Position numbers and translations under genes: made by a program
Assembly (NCBI GenBank): GCA_964016885.1
Contig: OZ024740.1
Span: forward strand, 360,778,001-360,842,000
Reading direction: 5' to 3'
Source: Eledone cirrhosa
Lineage: Eukaryota
Length of the DNA stretch: 64,000 bases
Notes under the pieces: model-generated
The model's input: only the letters and a program-made list of their open reading frames with translations
The model's database searches: none
What the model was told of the DNA's origin: nothing
Shown: positions 23,900-37,649 of the stretch, in pieces
Layout of the letters: each line of letters begins with the position of its first letter
Position numbering within the stretch: position 1 is the stretch's first letter

Positions 23900-25880
23900 T
23901 GGCAGCAACCATCTCCAATTGATCTAGCTGGATCCCCAAGTGAGACCAGCCAAGCTCATGGATGTTATTCAGCTACCTTGCTCAGGGTCTACGCTTGGGT
24001 CTCCTATCGGGTGGTTTTGTCCTTAAAATCTGTCGACTGATTCTTTCCTGAGACATTGTAACTACATGCCCACAATATTGGAGCTGTGATCTCTCAATTT
24101 GGAGACGTAACAGCTCTACCTGGTGCGACTCTTTGATCTCCAAGCTTCACATTCTATCGAGTAACATTACTCCAAGGACCCTTCAAAGGAGCCCCATTTT
24201 GGCCACTTGTATTTGCGATCATATTCTTTTGGTCATTACCCAAGATTTATGACCATAGGTAAGGGTTAAAGATAGCGAGTTTGGCATTTGCACCTACCTC
24301 CCTTCTTTTAATTACCAAATGCAGAAGCTGGCACATTACTATACTAGTTCCTGCAATTTCTACAATTCAGCCTCCTACCTTCCATTACTCATGAACATGG
24401 CTCCGAGATACTTGAACCTCTCCCCCTGTTTCAGTGGAACACTATTCACATGTACAATGCACTGTGCAGGCTTCTTTGAGAGAATGAGTGTCTCAGTTTT
24501 CAGAGTACTGATTTTCATTCCAACCATGCAGCATTCAGTATCAAACCTATCAAGTGCATGTTAGAAATCACCTGAGGAGTTAAATAATACCATGCTGCCT
24601 GCAAATTCCAGCCAACTAATCCTACACCTGCCAGTTGTGATACCACTTCCAACCCGGTTGCACATGTCAATCCTGTTCATGAAGATAAGGACCAGGAAAG
24701 GTGATAGTATGCACCTTTAGCAGAGTCACACTCCCATATCGAATGGCTTTGATTTAGCACCATTTATCCAAACACAAATACTTGGGCATTCAGATAGAGA
24801 CATCAGAGCAACAAGAAGCTGTCCATCAATCCCATACTTCTGCAGAACCTTCCACAGCAGGTCATGTGGAATGTGGTTTTTATGCCTTTTTGGGGTTTAC
24901 AAAGCAAGAATACACCTCTTGGCAGTACTCCCATAATTTCTCAAAGGCCTGCCGCTATGTGAATATTTGGTCGACTGTGTGGTGTCCAGGATGAAAACCC
25001 CACTGTTCATCAGTTACCTTGGACTCGACAATCTTTCTGCATCTCTTTGGCAGAGACAGCATAGATTTTACCGAGGAGGCTTATGAAGGAAATCCTGCTA
25101 TAACTGGAGTAATCTTTTTGAAAATTTGGATTATTACTCTCGCTTGCCATTGCTTAGGTGTGTTTCCAGAGATCTGAGCAACCCAGCACACATGAGCCAG
25201 CCAGCGGATACCTTCTCTATTTAAGGCTTTCAACATCTCAGGCCAAATTTCATTCTTCCCAGCAGTCTACCCACATTTGAGCTCTTTCATTGCTCTCATG
25301 ACCTCAGCCTCTGAGAGATTAGTCATCACTCCTAGATGCATCTCATGTACATCAGAAGATGCTGTTGTTATCAGGTTTAGCAAAGTATCCCTTCCACCTT
25401 GTGAGGATGTACCTCTCTCAAGATGGGAGAACCTTAGACACATTCCTGATAGCAGGTATGGAGGAGGACTTCTTAATACGAATTGGACACCTTTACTATC
25501 TCTGCTGTGACCTTATGCCTGCTTGTACTGCAAGTGCAAGAAGTAGAGCTTATTTCCAAACCAAGCTTTATAGACTGCTTTCTTTGCTCAGATAACATCT
25601 TTGACCTCTTGATTAAACCAAGGTGTCCTCATACCAGCCGGCACCACACCAAGCTGCTTTCACCCACAGCATTCAAGAGCAGAAGCAGAAAACTTCCAAG
25701 CAGAACAGCCTCCACTTCATTTCAATATCCTCAGTTTAATCAGGGAGTTTTGATGCAATAGTATCTGCATACCTGGTCCTGACTTCCTTATCCCTAAACG
25801 CTTCCCATTTAATCATGTACATTGACCTGAACCTGCCAGTTGTACGGGGGTCTTTAGATTTAGGTAGTCCCAAGCTGCAG
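23900..25880 (-). mobile_element. Old RTE-clade (Expander/Rex3-like) LINE remnant
   Basis: Minus strand gives LTYGHKSWVMT at ~24235-24265 plus degenerate endonuclease-RT linker/RT segments; a related piece lies at 58160-58480 (+). Confidence 0.6.
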
Positions 25881-27221
25881 ATAACTAGATGGTGTATGAG
25901 TGAAGTAGGAGAAGGGACATAATGATCATAGTAATAGGGGTGGAGGGAGTGACGGGTAAGACTATTTATAGACAGGGCTTAGAAGCTGAGGGAGTATTTT
26001 TAAGTAAAGAATAAAATTAACAATAAAAAGTGGGTTATATAGAAGTAAATGAACAAATGGTTAAATAAATTAGTAAATAGAATCAAATAAGATCAGGTAA
26101 AATATAAGGGTTTAAAAATAGGTAATATGGGTAGGTAATCAGTGATAAAGTGTATGTACTATGTGTATACTGCATACACATAAGCACACACAAATATGCT
26201 GGGGAGTTTTAGAAGGTTTTACATAGAAATGCATGAATAAATTAAACAATTATTACTTTAATGAAAGGAATGGAGTGAGGTAAAAATTTAGAGAGCAAAT
26301 AAATGAGGAGGTGGAAAGAATGGATAAAGTAAGCACATACAGGCACAAGCACAGTCATGCATGTGCACATACAAACCACTGTTCACACATACATGCACAT
26401 ACATATATGTATACTCATGCACATCCGTACACAATATCACATGCATACATACAGGCCCATGTTATCCATATGGTGAGAGGAATGCACATATGTATATGCT
26501 ACATTCATACAGCCATACAAGAATCAAGGAAGAAGGGGTGGTAAAGTTATCTGCACATATACACATGGGAAGTATAGTATGTGAAAGGAAACTTACAAGG
26601 TGAGAAGTCGTTGGTTGATGTTACATTGTAGGTAATAGGTGGATATACTGGGTGAGGCGTGGGAGAGTGGAGTGTGGGCCCGGGTTTCTGCCTGTGGGTG
26701 TCCAAGGGAAGTGCATGTGTTTGGGCAGGAGCGTAGGGTGGGACTTAGTCCAAGTACAGGTTGCTGCACAGGCTTAACTGCCGAGTAGGTGTAGATCATT
26801 AGCTTCCAGGATTGTTTGTTGGTTTGAAGCATAGGTATGATTTTTGTGTGCGGTGCAAACATTTTCTCACCAGTTCAGATTTTTTATTTATTAATATGCC
26901 CCTCTTGAACAATATGTAAAGTGCTTCGGCTGAGCAGAAGTTACAGGAGCCTCCTCCTCCTGAGTAGGGTAGAACCCTGGTGATGGTAGTCCAGCATAAT
27001 TAGTAGAGTATTCTGTTTTCGCGTAACCATCAGAGGTGGCTGGCGAGGCTTCTTGTATGCTTTCACTCTGGGTGTCGGAAGGAATATTTATGCAGGCGGT
27101 GGGTAACATCCTAGTGGAACACAGCTGGAAGCGATTGGTAGTGGATTTGATACACTACTGACAAGTGACATATCTCTAGATGGTTGGTTGTGGAGTGAGG
27201 TGGATGGAAATATAGAGGGAA

Positions 27222-27482
27222 ATGATGACGGGGAAAACGGATGAAATCGCAAGGACACTGAAAGAGATATTCTTGGAGTGGGGCTCTCTGGATGAACTGT
27301 TGATGGATAACAGCACAGCATTTCACTCAGAGGTGCTGAAGGAGATGCTCGATGGACCGAATGTGAGCTGCTTCTTCAAAGCAGTGTACAGGCCGAGTAG
27401 AAATGGGATCATGAAGGGACACCATCACATGATCAAGGCCACGGCGGAGAGGCGATATATTTCACCAATGGAGGCAGTGTGA
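27222..27482 (+). mobile_element. Gypsy/LTR retrotransposon integrase core fragment
   Basis: LKEIFLEWGSLDELLMDNSTAFHS...YRPSRNGIMKGHHHMIK resembles the rve motif (D-N-x-x-x-F ... Y.P..NG..ER....IK) with a degenerate catalytic Glu. Confidence 0.7.
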
Positions 27483-27539
27483 ATATTTGGTCGGTTGTGC
27501 TGAAAACTGCACTGTTCATCAGCTAGCTTGGACTTGACA

Positions 27540-29855
27540 CTGGCCAACCTTCTGACAGACAGTAATAAATGTTAAGACCTTTCCTGGAGAAGAATGTACT
27601 GCCCAACACAAGTTAGTTATTAGTGACATCAGGATAAACACAAGATAAGTAAGAAAACATGGAAAGAGAAGGTTTGGAAGCTAAATGACTTTTCTGTTAA
27701 ATATAGGTTTAAAAAGGCCCTGCAGGATGCATTTGGTGAGAGGAGAGACAGGACAATTCTAAATGTTTACGTGACAACCTTTTGTAAATTACTGATGAGA
27801 CTTGTGGCTGGAGCAAAGTACCAGCCAGACAGAGGGTGACCTGGTGGTGGAACAGCACAGTGGATACAACAATTAAAGCCAAGAAACAGATGTGGAAAGA
27901 CTGGAAAAATGGGTGTAGCAGAGACCAGTACCACATAGCTAAGAGAGAAGCTAGAAGATAGGTATACATAGCTCAGAAAGAAACTGAAAAAAGAAAGTTT
28001 GTCAATGTCTTTCAATGTGAGTATCAGAGATGTGAGGTGTACTGCATTGCAAGGCAGTGTGTCAGTGTGAATCAGGATGTTGTCAGGGAAAAGTATGTTA
28101 GAAATGAAATCGGTGCACTTAGTACCACTGGTGTTCAAAAGAAAGAGGCCAGGAAAAGTTACTATAAAAAACTGATGATTGTAGAGAATGAATGAGAGGA
28201 AGAGAGATTACCCCAACTTACCAAACAGAGGGACCAGCTATTAAAATTGACAGTTAAAGAAGCAATCATAGAGATGAAGAATGGTAAAACTGCGGGATAG
28301 TCAGAGATAGTCACTGAGATGCTGAAAGCATCGGGAAAAGTAGAAGCTGAACTAGTAACCCATATAGTCAATCATATAATACATGATAGAGTCATACCCA
28401 ATGACTTGTGCAACAGTACAATAATAAATTGCTACAAGGGTGATGCTCCAGAAAGGAGCTACTACAGAGAAATAAAACTAATAGACTAAGTTACAGAAGT
28501 GACAGAAAGAGTTCTGGCATAGTTAATAAGGGAAAGAGTCAAATTAGATGAGCTGCAGTTTGGTTTTGGGCCTGGGAAAAATACTACAGATGCCTTTGTA
28601 GTGAAACAACTACAAGGGATGTTTCTAGCCAAGAAGAAGCTGCTGTATTTAGCTTTTGTTGATCTAGAAAAGGCCTTTGACAGAGTACTTCGCTCTGTTA
28701 TCTGGTGGTCCTTAAGAAAATTAGGTGTAGATGAATGGCTTGTAAGAGCAGTGCAAGCCATGAACAGAGGAGCTGTCAGTAAAGTGCAAGCAGAGAGTCA
28801 GTTTAGTGAGGAATGCAAGGTGCAGATAGAAGTTCATCAAGGTTTGGTTCTTAGCCCACTGCTATTTCTAATTTTGAAGGCCATAACAGAGAAGTTTAAG
28901 ACTGGCAGTCTATGGGAACCTTTCTAAGCAGATGATCTGGTCCTTATAGCTGAATCCATAAAGCAACTGAGAATAAGTTCTGACTATGGAAACAGAATTT
29001 GAAATCAAAAGGTCTGAGAGTAAATTTAACCAAAACTAAAGTGCTAGTAAGTAGAAAGGAAGATATAAGCCTGATTCCTTGAGGGAAGTGGCCCTATTCA
29101 ATATTTAAAAAAGAGCAGGCATAAACTCTATATGATATACATAATGTAAATGTTGGGTACACAAGAGAAGTTGCAGGATAACAGGCAGACTAACAGGAAG
29201 GAAAGACTTTATAGAAGATAAACAAGGGTAATCAATGAAGGATCCATAGAAGTGGTTAATACCATTTGCTATCTAGGTGACCTAATTAGCAGCAGAGAAT
29301 GGTGCTCAAAAGAACATAATAGTTAGAATAAGGATAGGATGGAAGTTTAGAGAGCTATTCCCACTGCTGACAACAAAAAGCTCCTTCCTATGTACAAAAG
29401 GCTGGGTGTATAATGCCTTTGTGCAAAGTATGATGCTGCATGGTAGTGACTCAGAGGACATGTGTAGGCTGGAGAGAGATGAAGCAATCATGCTTTGCTC
29501 AATATGCAATGTAAATATGAGAGAAATGCAGGGCTTGGATGAACTGATGGAGAAACTGGCTTTAAGAGGAATCCAAGGTGGTGTACAGGAAAGAAGACTG
29601 CATTGATACAGACGTGTGATGTGCATGGATAATGATAGCTGGGTGAAGATGTGCCAGGAAATCCCAATAGAAGGAAGCTACAGTAGAGGTAGAGTAAGGA
29701 AGTCCTGGGTGGAGGTAGTAAGAGCTGATCTCAAATTGCAGACACTTACTGAAGAGATGACAAAGGAACATGGTGAATGGAAGGATGCTGTGGTAAAAAG
29801 GATCCGTCCAAACTATGTGAATGTGGAAAAATGGACGTAAAAACGATGATGACGA
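27540..29855 (+). mobile_element. Degenerate RTE LINE (post-endonuclease to 3' end)
   Basis: YLAFVDLEKAFDRV, HQGLVLSPLLF and MLHGS; many stops; ends GGACGTAAAAACGATGATGACG then (TA)n. Confidence 0.85.
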
Positions 29856-29911
29856 TATATATATATATACACACATATACATAAACATGCATATATATAT
29901 ATATATATATA

Positions 29912-32900
29912 GCACTCCTCTTTGTTTCGACCGCGGACGGCTAACATAAACCCCACCCCGCACCCTCCAAACGCAATCCAAAACTTCAGAGTTGGTACCA
30001 TAAATGTAGGCACCCTAAAGGGTCGCGCTAACGAGGTTGTAGAAATGCTTGAACATAAGGAGGTCGATGTTTGTTGTATTCAAGAGACCAGGTGGAGGGG
30101 TGGGTCTGCTAGATTCATTGAGGGTAAAAAACGATGTTATAAGCTTTTCTGGGTGGGAAACGACGATGGGCTGGGTGGAGTAGGAATCATGGTAGTAGAA
30201 AAGTGGGCAGATAAGATAATAGACGTAAATAGAGTGAACGACAGAATAATTAAAATACGACTTGTCCTCAATAGAACTACGGTGACAGTAATATCTGCGT
30301 ATGCACCCCAATCCGGACTGGCCGGCACTATAAAAGACAGATTCTATGAGACACTGATGCTCACTACCTCCCAAATAACCGACAGTGACTATATAATTAT
30401 TGCTGGCGACCTAAATGGTCACGTTGGACAACATTGTGACGGCTACGACGAAATCCATGGAGGCTATGGGTTTGGTACTAGAAATGAGGAAGGCTCCAGA
30501 ATCCTGGAATTCTGTGACGCAAATAACCTAACTATCTGTAACACTAACTTCAAAAAAACGTGACAATCACCTGATCACCTATAGATCCGGGGAACACACA
30601 AGCCAGGTAGATTATATCCTTACCAGAAGACGTGACAGAGTGTCTGTTGTAAACACTAAATCCCTCCCCCATGAAGAATGCACCTCCCAACATAGACTGA
30701 TAATTAGCGACCTCATAGTCAGAACGAGATGTACTCGACAGCAGAAGAGGACTATCCTCAGGAGAAAAATATGGAAGCTAAAGGACCCCACAGCCAGAAA
30801 TAAATTTCAAAGCATATTACTTGATGCTTTCGACAGTAAGGAAGAGCATTTAAAGTCGGACAATATAGAGAGACAGTGGGAATTTCTGAAAGCAAACCTG
30901 CTGATGGCGACAGACGAAGTCTGTGGCTGGAGCAGGCCAGTAGGCAGGAGGAGAGTAACATGGTGGTGGAACAGTAAGGTGGAGGGGTCAATTAAGGCCA
31001 AAAAGCAGGCTTGGAAAGTATGGCGGGATGGGGGAAGTAGAGAAGACTATCAAGTGGCCAGGAGGGAAGCTAGGAGACAAGTGTACTTCGCAAGAAGGGA
31101 AGCAGAGGAAAGAAAGTTCAAGCATGTTCTACAACGCGAGGACCAAAAACGTGAGGTGTTCAGGATTGCTAGGCAATGTGTCAAGGAAAACCGTGATATT
31201 GTCGGGGAGAAGTGTGTACTTAATGATGACGGCGTACTTGCCATCACCGACGCTGATAAGAAGGTAGCTTGGAAGTGTCACTATGAAAGGCTACTAAATG
31301 AGGAGAATAAATGGGAGAAAGACAGTCTCCCCCACATCGACCCAATAGAGGGACCAGCAGTGTTAGTCGAGGGGAGTATAATAAGTAAGGCAACCAAGGA
31401 TATGAAGACGGGTAAGGCGGCTGGGCCTTCGGAAATAGTCGCTGAGATGCTGAAGGCATCTGGCACGGTGGGACACACCATGGTCACCCGCATAGTTAAC
31501 CAAGTCATACAGAATGGGGTTGTTCCGAAGGACTGGCATAGCAGCATCATCGTTAACTGTTATAAGGGTAAAGGAGATGCCCTAGATAGGAGTAACTATA
31601 GAGGCATTAAATTAATCGACCAGGTCATGAAGGTCACGGAAAAAGTAATAGCGCAACTAATCAGAGAGAGAATTGACCTAGATGAAATGCAGTTCGGGTT
31701 TGTGTCAGGCAAAAGTACCACAGACGCTCTTTTCATTGTATGACAACTACAGGAGAAGTACCTAGCTAAAGGTAAACCCCTCTACTTAGCTTTTGTCGAC
31801 TTGGAGAAAGCCTTCGACAGAGTCCCCCACTCCATTATCTGGTGGGCTCTTAGAAAACTAGGTGTTGACAATGGCTTGTGAGAGCGATACAAGCCATGTA
31901 TAAAGAAACAGTCAGCAAGGTTAGAATTAACAACGAACATAGTGAAGAGTTTAGCGTAAAAGTTGGCGTCCATCAGGGCTCTGTTCTCAGCCCCCTACTA
32001 TTTATTATTGCCCTTCAGGCTATAACAGAGGAGTTCAAGACCGGCTGCCCATGGGAACTCCTATACGCAGACGACCTGACACTCATAGCTGAATCAATGG
32101 CCGAGCTAGAGAAGAAATTCCAAACATGGAAGCATGGCCTAGAATCAAAAGGACTTAAAATTAATCTGGCTAAGACTAAAGTTCTAGTTTGTAGGAAAGA
32201 AAATAAGGCGGCGGTCCCTTCTGGGAAATGGCCATGCTCAGTGTGTAGGAAAGGCATAGGTAGAAACTCCATTTTATGTCCCAAATGCAAAGTATGGGTG
32301 CATAAAAGATGTAGTGGGATCACAGGTAAGCTAACTAAGAACATAGATTTTACATGTGGCCGGTGCTCTGGTGCAATAAGTAGCAGCAAGTGCCCACAAA
32401 ATACTAGCTTTTAAAACTGCGCAGAGGGCTCTATAGAAATAGTGGACAGCTTCCGTTACCTGGGTGACAAAATCAGCAGTGGGGGAGGGTGCTCAGAAAG
32501 TACAGTAGCTAGAGTCAGAACTGGATGGAAAAAGTTCAGAGAGCTTATACCACTATTAGCTGCTAAAGGGTTCTCTCTAAAAATGAAAGGCAGGTTGTAT
32601 GATGCCTGCATACGAACAGCAATGTTGCATGGCAGTGAGACCTGGGCATTGTGTGCAGAGGATATACGCAGACTAGAGAGGAATGAAGCTTGCATGCTCC
32701 GCTGGATGTGTAACAGTAATATACGTGAACGGCAAAGCATAAACGAACTAAGGAAAAAATTAGAAATAAGAGGGATCAGATGTTGTTTACTCGAGAGAAG
32801 GCTACGTTGGTATTGACACGTGATGCGCATGAAAGTCGATAGCTGTATAACAAAGTGCAGGGCAATAAAGATAGACGGTAGCCACGGAATAGGCAGACCT

Positions 32901-33385
32901 AGAAAAACCTGGGACGAGCTGATAAACTCCGACCTCTCCAAGACAATGTCACTGGATCGAGACCTTTGGCGGTACTCAGTAACAGAGAAGACCCGCCTTA
33001 CCTAAATACATAGTAAAACCTACTACAGCCAGTAGGCATCTCTAACAAAATACACCCCCGTCCCACCACCCCCACCCCCTTCTATGTAAAGTTATGTCGG
33101 TGCCACGCCATCCAGGCCGAAAGAAATGAGATCGTGTAGGTGTCGCGACAAAAAAACACACAGTCCACGCTGTAATGTGGCCGTGTAGGCAACACGGTAA
33201 AAACCTCCCAGACCCACACTGTAAATGTGGTTGGTGTTAGGAAGGGCATCCAGCTGTAGAAAACCTGCCAGACAGTCCTATGCGAGCAAGACAATCACTC
33301 TTGCCTCAAGTGGGAATACCCCCGTCCAAACCCATGCAAGCGTGGAACACGGACGTTAAACGTTGATGATGATGATGATGATCAT
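29912..33385 (+). mobile_element. Near-full-length RTE-clade LINE (APE endonuclease + RT + PHD-like finger), pseudogenised by a few lesions
   Basis: 29922-30563 APE motifs (GTINVGTL, CIQETRW, SAYAPQ, AGDLNGHVG). RT motifs follow (NYRGIKL, QFGF, FVDLEKAFDRV, VHQGSVLSPLLF, LYADD, FRYLG). Broken by frameshifts/stops near 30560, 31741, ~31870, 32412 and 32814; 3'UTR then (GAT)n tail. Confidence 0.95.
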
Positions 33386-34200
33386 TATCATCATCGTTTA
33401 ACGTCTATCTTCCAGGCTAGCTTGGGTTCGACGGGTTTGTCCCACTTGAGGCAAGTTTGGTTGGGTGACCATATCTCACTTGTATAGAACTGGTTTTCAA
33501 CAGCTGGATGCCCTTCCTAGCGCCAACCACATTTAGTGTGGACTGGGTGCTTTTTTACTGTCTCCTATGCAACCACTTTACAGTGTGGACTGGGTGTTTT
33601 TTGTTGTGACACCTACACGACCACTTTACAGTGTGGACTGGATGTTCTGTGGTACCAACATAACTTTACAGAGAAAGGGTGGTGTGGACGGAAATGGGAG
33701 GATGGTGTATGGTGTGTTGGGTGGGGTGTATATTGGATTAAGAGGTGCCTACTGACTGTAGGTTTAAATTTGTATGCAAGGGAAGGCGGGTCTTCTGTAT
33801 TACTGCATAGCACCAAAGATCTCGATCCTGTGACATTGTCTTAGAGACATGCAAGTGTGCAAGGTCAGCTTTTATCACCTCGTTCCAGGTTTTTCAGGGT
33901 CTACCTACTCGGTAGCTTCCATGAATTTTGATCACCCAGCACTTTTTTGATAGAGCTGTTGTCCTTCATATGCATCACATGACCATACCAACATAATCTC
34001 CTCTCAAGTAAACTACATCTGATCCCTTTTATGCCTAATTTCTCACTTAGTTCATTTACGTTTTGCCATTTGTGTATTACACATATTATTGACACAGTTG
34101 TTCTATTTAGAACTAGTCTTATTTTAATGATTGTGTCGTTCACTCTATTTATGGTAATTACCTTATCTACCCATTTTTCTGCTAACAATAAATTTAGCAG
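33385..34200 (-). mobile_element. Internally deleted RTE LINE (endonuclease fused to C-terminus) with 3'UTR
   Basis: ORF 33901-34206 AEKWVDKVITINRVNDTIIKIRLVLNRTTVSII joins NELSEKLGIKGIRCSLLERRLCWYGHV; the tail faces the preceding element. Confidence 0.8.
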
Positions 34201-35374
34201 ACCCACCTCTCCACCTAGTCTCTTGGTGCATTTTCCCCATCAACTTGATAAACTGTGTCTGAAAAAAACGTAGTTGTGATAGTGATTATTCGGATATAGA
34301 ATAGTGGTCTCCAATTTTTTTAGCAATACTATCTACAAATATTTCTAAGAGACCTTAAACCATACAAATCACAAATATTACTAGATATTTCATGATGCAA
34401 ACTCCAAATTTTACTGAGAGATTTATATAGAACCCTTAAACAGGATCATTTTTTTCCTTTATTAAAAAAAAACTATACCATTTCATAAGAAAATGACATA
34501 TTAACTGTTAATGAAACCATATAACCAAAACATTCTTAAGAAGTATACAACAGTACTCTGCATCACATTACTTTAATACTTCAATTTTTCACACCAATCT
34601 GTTAACATATAAACATTTCAATTAACACATTTTTTTTCGATATTTTCTGCTAAATTATTACAGGATATTCAGAGTTAAAGTAGAAACTTTACAATATTCT
34701 TTAGAACTGCTTAACTTTACCTATAAACCCTGTAGGAAACGCTAAACAATATCTTAGTGAACTCTTTGAGTTTGTGTAGACACAGATTGTATATAGATCA
34801 TGGCCTTAGACAATAAGTTTGCTCAGTCAGGGCTGCTAACATTAGATTCAACATTAACAATATGTATCAAAGACAAGCCAGAAATCAAGTAAGATTTTTT
34901 TAAATATTCAACTTTATTGTTATTTATTTATTTCATCAACATACTTTTATGTTTATTCTTTTTAAACCAGAGCAAGAATATGTTCTTTTATTATCTATTT
35001 CTTTAATTTTACTTTCATGTACAGTTTACTATTATCATCATCATCATCATCATCATTGTCATGATCATTGGAATTGTTTGAGCACTGGACAAATCTTCAG
35101 CAGTATTTGTTCTGATACTTTACATTCAGAATTCAAATCCTGCCAAAATCAACTTTGCCTTTCATCCTTGATAAAATAACGTGCCAAATCAGGTACTGAG
35201 ATTTATATTTCCTTTCCCTCCAAATTGTTCACCCTTTTCAGCCACATTATTATTATTATTAATAAATAATAATTGTTTCTACATTTGGCACAAAGCCAGC
35301 AATTACCCAGTAGGTTACTGGTACTTTATTTTATCGACCCCGTAAGGATGAAAGGCAAAGTTAACCTCGTAATA

Positions 35375-35600
35375 ATGTGGGCAAAAAAGAAATGGAAAAA
35401 AATCAATAAGTATGTTGACCTTGCAGGCACTATTAGAACTGAGCACCATGCAGAGACAGAAGTTGAGCCAATAGTCATTGGAATGGTCACTAAATATCTT
35501 ACATCAAAAGCCTTGGGATCCCCAACTTCATAGGCAGTGTCCAAATTTCTACCAGTACTAGCACTGCCAAAATCCTACTTGATATATTGAGCCTCTGAGA
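35375..35600 (+). mobile_element. R4/Dong-type (restriction-like endonuclease) non-LTR 3'-end remnant
   Basis: KINKYVDLAGTIRTEHHAETEVEPIVIGMVTKYL...STAKIL resembles the K..KY.DL....R......V.PIVIG.LG C-terminus of RLE elements. Confidence 0.55.
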
Positions 35601-35700
35601 TCAGGGACTGATCTGAGGCTAATTAACATGCTTCATGTAGCAACTGATTGTTACAAAAACCTTACAAAAGAAAGAAAAAAATTATCATCATCATCATAAA

Positions 35701-36332
35701 TTAACCCTTTCATTACTGTATTTCTAATGAATGACATTGTCTATGATTTGAAATAATTTTCAAAATAATTAAGAATTTTTTTTGGTGGGGGCATTTAGTA
35801 AAATATCTAACTTTCTCAGTATTAAACTGATGTTTGGAACATAACTTACCATATATACTTGAATATAAGTCGGTCCGAATATAAGATAACTCCCTATTTT
35901 GTTTGAGAAATGAACAAAAATCAAAACCCCAGGTAAGCAACATGTTTAGATGGTTTGATTTTGAAATTCTCCATTACATAATGATTTTTTTTTTTTACCA
36001 ATTTCAGACCATTTTGAAGGCCATATTAATTCAAAACACAAAAACCAATAGGAAAAATAAATTTCACCTCCAAAGTAAAACCAGTGTAATATTCACTTCC
36101 AAAGCAAAAATATTTTAGCACCTCATTTACATAGTTGGTGAAAATCAGCAATACATTGACCTTGAGTATAAGCCGAAACCCCATTTTACCATTGATTTCT
36201 TTTTGGCACATATTTCTTGGCTTATATATGAGTTTATACAGTAACTATATAAAACTACATAAACACTTTAAAACAGTTTTGTATTGTAGAAACAGAGGTA
36301 GTTTTAGGTAGTTTGGTTATCAAATGGGTTAA
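35701..36332. mobile_element. piggyBac-like MITE with nested Tc1/pogo-like MITE (~35847-36244)
   Basis: Outer TTAACCCTTT...AATGGGTTAA. Inner TIRs TACCATATATACTTGAATATAAG...CTTATATATGAGTTTATACAGTA; the same nesting occurs at ~48589-49570. Confidence 0.6.
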
Positions 36333-36699
36333 ATGCAGAAGAAAAACAAAAAAAGCTGTTATATTTTTTATTATTTATTTATTACTGCAGTGTTATTTTA
36401 AAGTTTTTTTTTACATGTCAACTGTTTCCTCACTTTCTCTTCTTCCCCCTTCTCCCTCTCTCTTCTTCAACTTATATATAATTCTGTATATGCATATAGG
36501 GAGGAGGAGATGTGAATGCAAGTATATGTATACGTTTGTGAGGGGAGGAGGACAAGGAGGATGTGGTGAATACTTTTTTTGTCATATACTTTGTTTTGTT
36601 CTTTTATTTCCCTTATATGTGTATTTGTTCATTTCTTTCACTTATGGTGATGGGTAAGTGTGGAGCAGAGACAATAGGGTGTGTGTGGTGCGTACGTGT

Positions 36700-36735
<36 letters not shown>

Positions 36736-36851
36736 TAGAGACGTAAAGCAGAGCAAGGTAAGGTAGTAGTGGACACAGAAAGCATAGATTGGACAGAGAT
36801 GGTGATTTGTGTGTTTGTGTGTGCTGCAATGTATAAGGCTGACAGAAAGAG

Positions 36852-36884
<33 letters not shown>

Positions 36885-37588
36885 CGGGGAGAAAGAAGGA
36901 CCTGTGTGAGTGGAGAAAAAAGCAGTAGGCCATTTCAGTGGTGTTAGATGTCCCACTTAGCCTTCACTGTCGTTGATAATTTGTAGGTAGAGAAGGGTAT
37001 CTGTTAATCAGTCAATGGCAACCTCTACAACTGTAGGAGAAATAGTGGGTTGGGAGTTATGGCATAAAGCATACACAGGCCCTTAATTTCTAGTGGAGTT
37101 GTAAGGGTGTTGTAGTGATATACATCATGTCTTGGACATTTAAACCTGGCGGTGATCATCCCTCTCCAGATTTTAACGCAGTTGATTTCATCTAGAGAGA
37201 GAACTGGTGAGAAAGGAAGTGAGAAAAAGATATAGAGGAAGAATCGACTCCAGTATTGGATTGGTACTTCATTTATCGATCTCGACCATGGCAGTATTTG
37301 AACTCAGAGCACAGAAAGCCAGAATGAATACTGCTAAGCATTCTATCCAACGTTCTAACAACTCTGTCACATCACCAGCTGGCAGATAGAAGAGGGATTG
37401 ATTAACCGCCCCCCCTCGGTGGAAAATTCCACCTCAATGGAGGAGCAAGAGACTGTGGCAGAGTTTTGGGGTACATATTTTCCTATAGTTAGCCCAACTA
37501 TCTCTCAAAAATAAGAGGCATTGCTGTAAAAAAAAAAGAAGTGTGATGTAGGTGAAGCAGAGTAAGTGTAGATAAGAAAGGGTGTGTG

Positions 37589-37649
<61 letters not shown>

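Noticed and set aside
26560-26880. Possible PLE RT/GIY-YIG linker remnant on the minus strand
   Set aside because: Only vague motif resemblance; cannot be supported without tBLASTn.
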